This document shows, piece after piece, positions 1 through 10,410 of a DNA stretch of 64,000 nt. The DNA comes from Somniosus microcephalus (taxonomy: Eukaryota): the NCBI GenBank assembly GCA_052327205.1, contig CM126206.1:210304001-210368000 (forward strand). The letters are read 5' to 3'. Within the stretch, counting starts at the first letter, position 1, and each line of letters opens with the position of its first letter. The position numbers were made by a program, and so were the translations under genes. The notes beneath the pieces were generated by a model, which saw only the letters and a program-made list of their open reading frames with translations, searched no databases and was not told the DNA's origin.

Positions 1-1258
1 CGGATCTGATGAAAAAGATTCTGAATATATTTGAGTTTAACGCCCAGTTATCACCAACTAACTCGAGAACGTGCAAAACTGTGCACTAACAACTTCTATC
101 TGTCGCCTGGCCATGCGCCAAGGCCGCTAGTTATTTATGTGATTTGTTGTGGGTTACTTATTCAAGTAATGCAGCACTTCTGCTGAAAGTGGAAATGAAT
201 GATCTTGAACTGCTTGTCCGTGTAAAGAGCTCCAAAGTTGTTGGGATTTCATCATATTATAAAGAGGTAAATAATTTTTAAATTTCGCACTGGCACCAAT
301 CCCTGCCGCCATTTCTTTAACTAAGCAACACAAAAGAGTCGGATCCTTCGGAAGCAAAGAAAGTTAAATTAGTATAAGGCGTCTTACCGCTAACAAAAAT
401 ATATGCACGGCTTGGCACATTATTCTTTTTCAACTGTAAGATCCCTAGTAACTTTTTAAGACCCCGAAGACAGTTTGGATAGATTTAGTGGGATTCAAGT
501 GATTTGGAAACTAGACAGAGAGGCCGGAGTAGTTGCAAGTCTTGGCAGTGGCTGTCGTTAGTAAAATTCAGAGTGGTGTACCGCAATAAAAGAAAATGAC
601 TGCTGTAAGCATTTATGGGGTGTAAAACGCTGGAGGTTAAGGGGCGAAGTACATAAACACGACACTGACGATCTTACATTTGTAGTATTCTTCAGTATCT
701 GGCAGCAAACACTCGAATAGGAGTACAATTATTAAAATAGATTTTTATTATAATATTAAAACAGTTGCTAAATTGAACTACCTTTTTATTTTTTCGTGTT
801 CAGTCTGGAGGGTTATAATGTTGTGACGCCCTCTGTTGTTGCAGATGGAACTTCAAAGACTAAACGGGGAGACTTGCAATAAAATGAAGGGTCTGGCAGT
901 GGCAAGCCGTCTGGAATTCGGGTTTTAATGAGTTTACAACTGTCCAGCTACAATCAGTATTTTTCCAGAGAAGGCCATCCATTTGTTTTGTCTGGATGCC
1001 TAGACAAAAGGGTCTGCGGAAATAACGACCTTTATTAGTCTCGTCTCTAACATGGGCCCCTCAAATATCTCTTTACTAATTTATTGCGTCTAGTGGAAAA
1101 ATAACAGATCTTTAGTTATTTTGAAGCGTAGTTTAACACTGTTTGCAATTAAATTTAGTATGTATAAAAAATACATGGTCAAAAAATAAATATAGGTATT
1201 AGGTTCTGTGCAGTTTAGACAAGGTTTTCTGTGAATTTTCTGACAGCACTTTCCTCGT

Positions 1259-1292
1259 TGCAGTTTTCCTTTATAGCCAGGAGATGGCAGTG
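1259..1292 (+). promoter_or_regulatory. CTCF-like site between HoxA9 and HoxA7 (candidate C7|9 boundary)
   Basis: CCAGGAGATGGCAG (1277-1290) matches 13/14 of core CCASYAGRKGGCRS and is preceded by a TGCAGTTTTCC upstream-motif-like element. The position fits the known 7|9 boundary. Confidence 0.6.
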
Positions 1293-4200
1293 TTAATCCA
1301 CAGAAGAATTTAAAAAGAGTGCCGCCAAGCTGCCGAAAAGTGCAATAACTGCTATAAACTGGGATTTATTTATACAGTAGGTTGTAAATAGGATGAAAAC
1401 ATCTACCGCAAATGACACTTGTAAAAAAGGACTGAGGTCGATGGAGTATATTCATTTTGAATCCATCAACTCATTTGTGGACAGATTAATTCCACTTGAC
1501 CCGGGGTTTAGAAATCCATTTGTACTTTAGTGTTTTATTTTTAATGTACAATAACACGATTTAAATTGATTATCTTCCACTTTGTTCCTCAGTCTACTGT
1601 GCTGCGTGCAACAAGGGAAAGCCGATTAGAAGTTGTGAGTATCTGAAAGCGAAATGACGTGACCTGTTATATATCCATCCGTACATAAAACAACTATGCA
1701 TATGTAAACTACGTGCATGAATACGTACGCACATCCACATACAGACATATAACATACATACATGTATGCAGACATACATACGTGCACTCACATACCTAAA
1801 TAAATGTGGACGTGCATTTGTTTATCCTGAAATTCTCCAGGGATTCCAGTAAGACTCACATGTTAAATGTGACGTATACTTGAGGTAGGAAAAGTAACTT
1901 AATGCAACTAATTCTTCTGTATATTTTATCTCTAGGCTTCATATTGTTGTAATTTAAAAACACGTCTATGGACACAGTAAATAGGATATTTAGAACAGTC
2001 ATAAAGTAACATTCACTGAATAATATGTGATCTCATATATATAAGTACACACACAAACGAACGATCTGTAAATAGGTGATTATTTTTATTTTATGTACAC
2101 ACAAACAGAGAGAACGAAATGCATATTACAGTACTACAAAAGTTAAATACTTTTAAAGGTAGATAGATAATGGATAGGTAGGTGGCTAGATGGATAGCGT
2201 TAATAATGGCATATCGGGAAATAGACGTTGAATGTGCTTAACTGATTAGTAACTTTTAGAATTTTCATAAAAGCATTAATAACTTGGTCAAATGTTATAA
2301 TGGCAACAAAGGAAGTCAGTTGGGAGAATACATGTCTTTTTTTCTACAGGGACCCACATAATATTTTCTCGTTGGGTCAAACTGCAGCATATATGCGTCA
2401 TATGTATTATTTTTGTCAATGGAAAGAATCTGTAAAACCTCCCCAATATTGGTCTTGGACTCAATGAAAGCGACGGTCGAACCCAAAGGATGTTCTTTTT
2501 GTTACAGTGCGACTGGTATATTAAAATGGTGATGTCACCTAAGCTTCCTCATACATCAGAAAGTCAAAATCGCGCAACTCCTTTTTCGTAGCTTAATAGT
2601 TTTTACCTTTTGGAACTAGAACAGGTGGTTCTTCACCGCATTAATCCGCAGTGTATTGGATTCAAAAACTCCGAGATCATTCACACGTTTGCCATCACGG
2701 TAATGATAATGATTTCACGGTATATATTACAAAACAACGATGCTCGGATTCATTAATGTTCTTTCCAAATTCCAGCGCAATTTATACAATATAATCTGTG
2801 CACTTCTTGTCACAACACAATACTAAACCAGAATTTAGAAAGACCATAAAACGAGCTTCTATTTCCTTTAATAAACTGCACAGAAGGAATGGGGAACTTT
2901 TACAGCTATATAATAGATTTCAACCCACAGCAAATGGCGTGTAACGAAATTGATATATATGTATTTCAAGATATGCTGACAGGAATGGTCTACATTATTA
3001 TTCAGTCGCATTTCAAATATATGCTCCGTGATCACTGTGCTCTTTGCTACTTTGTCTATTGAAGTGTAAGCTTCCCAGCTGCACTTTCGGCATGATCTGT
3101 TACTGCGCAACACTATCTTAATGTTGCACAAAGTCTTTTCATGTGCTTGTAATCAGTTTGCAATTATATTCTGACAATCTGTTAGGATAGCATAGAAAAA
3201 AGACATCATTTGACATATAGCCGTATCCGGAAATATAGAAGAAACTCAGGCTTCAGAGCTTACGAAATCTGCATTATAATTTAAAATGTCTGCATAACAT
3301 AACGTTTCAATCTAGTGAATCTGTCTTTCTCTATTTCTGTCTGTCTATCAATCAATCAATCTACCTACCTATCTATCTATCTTTATGTTTATCTATACAA
3401 TTGTGAAATTTTGTGTAACTAAATATTTATCAGATTAATTTTATTTTTTTAGTGATATCGACATCCTTGGTCTCCAGGCGTGGATGAGCAGAAATATCGA
3501 AACTCCTCGTTTTATAACAACAGCATGGTTTTCAGAGCAGCCATATGTATAAATAATTATCAATTATGTTCTGTTTAAAAAAAATACGGTAACATTTGAA
3601 GTCACAACCGCAATAATTTATTCATTCGTGTTAAACATGTGTCTGGTTCTCTTTGCTTCTGTACTTTCTTCAGTTCGACCTGTTAATACGGTTGCTGTGA
3701 TCAATACATCCTTAGATTCCTGGTAATAAAAGAAAGTAAGCGTTTGGGATTGTAGTTAAACAAACCGTGTGCGTTAGTGCCAGTGATTTAATAGTAAAGT
3801 ATTATTTAATGTGATAATTCAATACATGCGTAATTAAAATGTTGCATAGAATGTTGTAATCTGTATTTATTTATCTGTATTGTATGTATAAGCATGTGTA
3901 ACTGGGACCCTGCAGTCACAATGATCGCAGGACAACTGTGCGAGGAAGCTTACAGCCCTGGCGAAATAAAGGGCTAAAGAGAAGTTAAAAGAAAGTTTTC
4001 CCACTCATCTGTTTGATGTTATTATGAAATTAGATTTTGGATGTTTGGCGGAGCGTCGGTGTTCTTGACGAACACTTGACTTAAGTTAACAGCGTCCTTT
4101 TTGGTATTATTGAACTAGGAATCCATGAATGAAATGTTGACTTTATTGCTGATCCGTTCTATTACATTGCAATTCATTCCACCTTTCTCTTTGATTTTTA

Positions 4201-4489
4201 TTTCTCAAGTTTTCGTCGGAGTTCTATTCCTTGCAATCAAAGAGCAAACCGTTGCGGTAAACCTATTTTCAGCGAGGAACCTTTAGACCTATTTAAAAGT
4301 TCACATTCTGAATTGATCCCTTCTGCTCGACACAGCCGCGCGCTGTGGATTGTCATGATTTAAATTTAATTTAAATTCTTAACATTTTTCTGCTGTCCGG
4401 TCGCTCTGGTAAAATCTTTGACAGCTCGACTTCGGATACATTTTAATGTAGGAAAAGTTTAGAATACAGAGCGTGCTCCCAAGCGCTTC

Positions 4490-4730
4490 CCGGAACATTT
4501 ACATTAGCGCGCCGTTTCGTTTTAGGAATGTACAGGAAACATGAAGATTACAGACAGTTTTATAGACCAGAAGGGTATCAAACAAAGATTGTTCTTTAAC
4601 GAGCGAGGGATGAATGTAGTGCAACAACCTCCTGATAAAACATCCCCGCTGGTGTAAAGCCTGTCTGCTTAGCACAAGGACTGTGACTTGCCAGAGGAGA
4701 CCCCAGAGATCAAAAGAAAATAACATTTTC
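4490..4730. promoter_or_regulatory. Candidate HoxA7 upstream (Cdx/TCF-type) enhancer
   Basis: Cluster of TTTTATA, ATCAAAC/AACAAAG and GATCAAAAG motifs about 1.5 kb upstream of the HoxA7 ATG, where the mouse Hoxa7 boundary enhancer lies. Positional inference only. Confidence 0.3.
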
Positions 4731-5293
4731 TAATATTAGAGAAAATGTTTCCTAAAGGATCTCAGACGGAAATGCAGAAACATAGTTTATTGTAATAAGC
4801 CTTTACTTTCAACGTACCAGGTGCATCGTTGTAAGACTGTATATCTGTTGTAAATACAGTGGTCTGGGATTCCTTGTCTACATATAACACCGACAAATAT
4901 ACCTCTATTAATGTTGGACATAAAAGCAACTGTTCCACCGGAAAGGAACCAACAGCCTAAGTAGAGCAACTGGAGAATTTGCAAGGAAACTGTGGACAAC
5001 AGCTTCGGAGACAAGTTCTGTGATCTAACGAGAGGATTGGGAGAGAGAGGGAAAAAAGTTGTAAAACAGAAGGAGGAAATGATGCCGGGGTAAATCCCCT
5101 GCGGGGGTCTAGTCAGATTACCTAGCAACTCCAAGAGGGTTCCACAAAATAGCTGTTTCACTGGAACCATGGTTGTCTCCAAAGTGAAATTATGCGTTTC
5201 AGTAAATCAATATACAAACACGCTTGAATGTTAAAAAAAATTCCGAGAGTTAATAGCAGGAGCTGGCTTCACAGTGATGCCGACGCCACCGCA

Positions 5294-5312
5294 CCCCCCC
5301 CCCCCCCCCCCC
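5294..5312. repeat. poly-C run (C19)
   Basis: Seen directly. Confidence 0.9.
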
Positions 5313-5919
5313 ACCAGTGCTGATGCAGTTTATATCTTGTATCTATAGTCCTCGCTAAAACCCACACAGATTATTCTATAATCTAAAGATTAGATGTGTA
5401 TTGACCATTAATTCAACAGGGCTACAGTTTTCCAGTGTTGTACAGTGTTTTCATGGCACCGCAAGGCAGCAAACAACTGCACAGGGAAGGGAAGAAACAA
5501 TGAAATTGCTCCTTTCTTTTAATTGAAACCATTTAACCGTTTCCTTTTTAACGCAAAGTGTAGAATGATCCTTAGTATTAATCCAATGTGACCATCGAGT
5601 TCTATATATGAAACATGCGCATTTCTATTATGTAAAACCAAAGTGTCTCCTTTTTATATCCAAGTAAACGTTTCATTACAACACTTGCAAATTCATCACA
5701 CATTTTATTTTTAAAAATATTGGAAACATACCTGCGCTCCTAAAACCTTCACATATATGTGGGGCAATGGTTTGTTAAGTAGTAGTTATAAGACACCTCC
5801 TTTTTAAGTTCCACAATCTATCTATATTAATAATGTTGCAAACATTTTTTTCATGATTCTTGCACAATTTTATTTTGCAAATAGTCGGATAACATGATAT
5901 GTACCACCTGTGATGTGGA

Positions 5920-6088
5920 ATGCTATTGGGTGACGGGATCACATGGTCGGGTCACGTGGATAGAAATAAGTCGGGCCGAAGGAAAATGGGTGTTTGGTGT
6001 AAATCGGGGGTGTAATGCTGCCATATATCACGCTATCTCGTAAAACCGACACTGAAGAGTCTTGGCCAACAAATCACCAGACAAAATT
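5920..6088 (+). promoter_or_regulatory. HoxA7 proximal promoter/5'UTR
   Basis: ATTGG (CCAAT box, 5925), CACATG and GTCACGTG E-boxes (5953-5958), and a TCGTAAAA Hox/Cdx site directly before the ATG. Confidence 0.7.
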
Positions 6089-6482
6089 ATGAGTTCGTCG
6101 TATTATGTGAATGCTCTTTTTCCCAAATATACGGCGGGGACATCCGTTTTCCAGAACGCGAGTGGCTTTACAGAAGCAACTTCTTGCGCCTTTGCTACCA
6201 ACTCACAGAGATCGAGCTATGGAGCGGGCGCCAGCGCCTTCCCAGCCCCGATGGCCGGGCTGTACAATGTTAACAGTGCAATCTATCACGGCCCTTCCAT
6301 GTACAACACAGGTTATAACCTAAATTCAGAATCCTACAACCTGCGCTGCTCTGCCTTAGACCAGAACATTCCAGTGCTTTGCAGCGATCTGAGCAAACAG
6401 GGTTGCGAAAAATTGGATCAGACAAACGTGCACCCTCAAGCAGAGAGCAATTTCCGGATTTACCCCTGGATGAGGAATGCAG
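6089..6482 (+). CDS. hoxa7: HoxA7 coding exon 1 (join 6089..6482,7448..7680; 208 aa)
   Basis: MSSSYYVNALF N-terminus and FRIYPWMR hexapeptide; donor G|GTATGG at 6483, phase 1. Confidence 0.96.
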
Positions 6483-6627
6483 GTATGGGACATAAATGTA
6501 ACATAGCTATGAGAGACGTGCAAATGGCCAGTTAAGATGAGCGCCAGTACATCCTGAAAGTAGTTAAGAGTTTTAATGATAGCTGAGGAACAGTTCCTCA
6601 AACGCATGTGGCATTGTATGCAGATAG

Positions 6628-6680
6628 CAATCATAAAACTTTTATTGCACAATTAATCAGTACAATCCTCGTAAAAGCAC
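6628..6680. promoter_or_regulatory. HB1-type homeodomain-site cluster in HoxA7 intron
   Basis: CATAAAA, TTTATTG, TTAAT and TCGTAAAA within 50 bp near the 5' end of the intron, as in the known Hoxa7 intronic HB1 element. Confidence 0.6.
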
Positions 6681-7389
6681 TCGACTTCCGCTCCTTTAAA
6701 GTTAACAGCAACTCACATATTGCTTGTTTACCCACTTTTATCAACATCAAATAAGAACTTTTTTTTTACAGATACGCGGGGAAACCGTATATTCTTGAGT
6801 AAATGTAGAGTGATATATTCCAGGTTTAAAGTATGTTTACAGATAAAGTACGGTCGTGGAATCGAAGAAATTATTTTATTTTCACCTCAAGAAAGATCCT
6901 TGGGCCCATGCAAAGCTTCCCCCCTTATAGATGTAGGTTCGTATGTAAGACGCACCAATTTAGTAACATAATACAGGAGCTCTACCCATCAGAGTGCATA
7001 TGGGGGTTAGAATCTAATATATTTTAAGAAACATAGATGCGAGCTTAAGATTTTAGTTACCTGTCATTTCTGTGTCTGAAATGTTAGCACTGGTGTCCTT
7101 TAACTTGGGTGAAATAACGTTGGGAGTCCCTGTTTGGTTATAAGTAAATAGTTAAGGACACATAGTGACTTGCACTGAACTTTGGGAAATATCCTTAATC
7201 TTTAAATACGTTCCCAGAAAATAATCCCGCTGCAATCCCAAATGTTCATTTGCACCTTAACTCAGACCATTGACATCTGAATATTCTGCTCAGCCACAGA
7301 CAATTTAATGAGTTATGAAAGAGCGGAGATAGACGAGCGGAAATTTAGAAAGGGCAATATGGGTTGACCAGGTTACTTGTATTTTGTAA

Positions 7390-7680
<291 letters not shown>

Positions 7681-7749
7681 GATTCTCAGCTGAATCTTGA
7701 ACTATGCTAATATACAAAGTTGTTCTTCAACAGCTAACGATGACATTTG

Positions 7750-8827
7750 ACTACCTAACCACAATAGTGGACTGTTACAGAGATGCTGTGCATTAGCACT
7801 CATAATACTACCTATATGTTTAATAACCTCTTCCGAAATTATGCCTTTAGAATTTAAAGTTCTCTGATTTAGTTTCAGTCAAAAAAAATTCAGAATCTTT
7901 ATCGGGCATTAGTAAAAAAAAAGTAGGAATTGGGTTCAGAATCCCTGCTTTCAGTAATAAAGTGAAAGCTGATGGATTTAGAACCTTTGTCTGTAGTCGT
8001 CACAAAATTTGGAATGCTTGCTTTCCCTAGTTAGATTGAGATTCTCTTTCGCAATAATAAAATGAAAGGGATTGAAATTCGGAACCCTTGTTCTGTGTTA
8101 GTAAATTGAAGGGAATTGGATTCGGATCCTGGGTCTCCCAATAGTAAAACGAAAGGAACAATGTTAGCCGAGGAAACAAAATGTAACCATTGTTGTAATT
8201 TATGGAATGTAAAACTCACTATACCACTATGTGATATAAGACAGATCTCATGCACTGAGCTATTTCTCAAACTTATTTTACCTCTGCTAATGTGTCTTCT
8301 TCATAGACTTTAAAGTATTTCTGCTTACTATTCACAGAATAAAAAATGCGGTGATAATAAATGCTCATTTCCAGTCCAATCAGAAATCAAGTATTTGAGC
8401 CATTCTACCATGTATTGCAAAAACTGACAGAAAGCTCACTCGACCAGTAAAATAATTTATTTCTGTTCAATTCTTTGTTGTTATTATTTTCTACATTCTT
8501 TCTTAATTGTTCTCTGAGTGTGTCTCTTAGTTCAGAGCTGTACCGTTCGATTAACGGAATGAAGAAGTTCTCTGTTTTCACATAGCAATGAAATACAACT
8601 ACCTAATCCACAATAGTGGGCATCTTGCACGTCTATGGAAACTACCTAAATGTTTTAATTTAACATTCGTTTCTAGACAGAGAGTGTTGTTCTCGGAGTC
8701 TGGACTTTTCGCACTTATAACAGTACCATAATATGGGAGTAAAAATGTAAAATATATTCTGATGTATGTTTTTTAATGAGGTGCGTATATAGCCACTTTA
8801 TAATACGAAAATAGTGAAAACTACCTA
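7750..8827 (+). promoter_or_regulatory. Five miR-196 8mer target sites in HoxA7 3'UTR
   Basis: ACTACCTA at 7750, 7807, 8598, 8641 and 8820. Hoxa7 is an established multi-site miR-196 target. Confidence 0.85.
7885..8155 (+). repeat. Degenerate ~43-45 bp tandem array in HoxA7 3'UTR
   Basis: Units such as GGAATTGGGTTCAGAATCCC..AGTAATAAAGTGAAAG (7926), GGGATTGAAATTCGGAACCC..TTAGTAAATTGAAG (8068) and GGAATTGGATTCGGATCC..ATAGTAAAACGAAAG (8112). Confidence 0.6.
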
Positions 8828-10254
8828 GATGACGGTTTACGTTTGAGGCGAATGGAATCCTTTCGCATTGTGCTTAAAGACTATGCTGTAAAAAGCAACA
8901 AAGTCGTATTAGAAGGGAGAAATTGCATTATTACTTTTTGATCGGTGGCATTAAATATATACTTGCTAAAGATTGCAAAGAAACCATGTATTACTGAATG
9001 ATGTAACCGTGTTTCTTTAAGTGTGTTGTATCAGTTGTCTTATACATGTGTACTGTTTAAATTATAAAATAAAAATATCTAATAACCAAATGTAATAATA
9101 GAAAACCCGAACTGCATCGTCGACTGAATATATTGTGGGTCCATATTCGGTGTGGTATCTGTCAATCGGAAGTTTGCTTTGTAATCTGTGTATGTGTTGT
9201 TAAATAATAACCGATGTTAAAGGTTTAAGGTGCAATCTATTTAAAATATATATATTCGTTCATGACATGTATAATTTGAATGGAATCTCTGTAGGAGAAG
9301 AAAAATCAGAAACATTAAACGGTGCTTGAATAGACACGATCTCGCTTTCTTGTCTAAGCCAAACACGTACCACCAAATGAGTGGGTACAAAGACACACGT
9401 TACATCAATATTAACAGCAATTAAATAAGAACTATTTCAAAAGTAATACATCATTCTTTATACACCGCAGCCCCTTCAGTGTCTTCTAATCTGATTTTTA
9501 ATATACAAATTGATATATAGTTTTTCTACACTAAATCGGCAACTTTTATACTAATTACAACCGAATGTAAGAAAGATCGATTGTTATAATTGCGCAAATT
9601 TTATTATAATTGACCAGATTATTGCATGTTTTAAAGCAAGGTAATATCCAAACGTGATACATTCCAATTGGGACGAAGATGGACAGAAGTTCCCACTAAA
9701 CAATCTGGATCCGATTCCTAATCGTGCCCATAATTCCATTTGAGAGCAGTTTAAGAGAAATGGAAAAGGTGAGAGTATAGTCCAGTGTGGTATTCAGATT
9801 CAGTAAAAACATATATATGAAATGGAAAAAAAAGCCGAGTCGTTCTGTCATCGCCGAGCTTTGAACGAAATTTCGGCCAGGCGCATCTTTTATATTTTAT
9901 GTATGCAGTGCGGCACTGTATCTTGGTGTTAGATTACACAATATGAGCGAGCTTATGTCCATTTTTAACGACAGCATATTAAAAAAAAATAGAAAACTAG
10001 AAAGAAAATATCGATAGAACAGATGCGATAATACGTAAAATTGACTCGATCCGTTGCAATAACAGCCTGGGTGCAGAAACAACACTGACTTCTGTTAAAA
10101 AAAAACCTGCAAATTGCAACCGGATATTATTATCAGGATAATGTGACTGCAGAAACTGGAAATTCGTGTTTAAAACAGTGGAAAAAGTCTTTAATAATTT
10201 CACAATTTTAACTTGTCTCTTTGTTAAAAATGGCGTCTAGGACCTGCCTCCTAA

Positions 10255-10410
10255 TAGTCATGGGGAAATGTCATAAATCCGTTGTTGTTTTATGAAAATT
10301 TACAACTTTGCAATAGAACTTTACGAGTTGTTCGGTTTTTCCATTGGCCGCTGAAAGTCATGTGGAGTGTAACCGTGAACATGAACTTTTTATAATTTCC
10401 CTTGCGACTA
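10255..10410 (+). promoter_or_regulatory. Conserved Hox7/8-6 intergenic element (four-cluster-sequence type; distal promoter)
   Basis: TCATAAATC, TTTTATGA, TTTACAA, TTTACGA, CCATTGG, CATGTG, then GTAACCGTGAACATGAACTTTTTATAATTTCCC. Matches the recalled conserved element between groups 7/8 and 6. Confidence 0.7.

Noticed and set aside
777-783. ACTACCT miR-196 seed match and nearby AATAAA as the HoxA9 3'UTR
   Set aside because: No HoxA9 coding sequence is in the window, so I cannot show that this region is transcribed.
4787-5182. 131-aa minus-strand ORF
   Set aside because: Non-ATG start, no recognisable domain, and a length compatible with chance.
1300-5900. HoxA8 remnant between A9 and A7
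   Set aside because: No homeobox- or hexapeptide-like translation in the ORF track; absence of HoxA8 is the normal gnathostome state.
6062-6088. N-terminal extensions from TTG/GTG starts in the ORF track (also 15805, 50317, 57984)
   Set aside because: Artefacts of alternative start codons in the ORF caller; the conserved Hox N-termini begin at the downstream ATGs.
7885-8155. CRISPR-like repeat-spacer reading of the ~44-bp array
   Set aside because: Units are degenerate throughout, the context is a vertebrate 3'UTR, and there are no cas genes.
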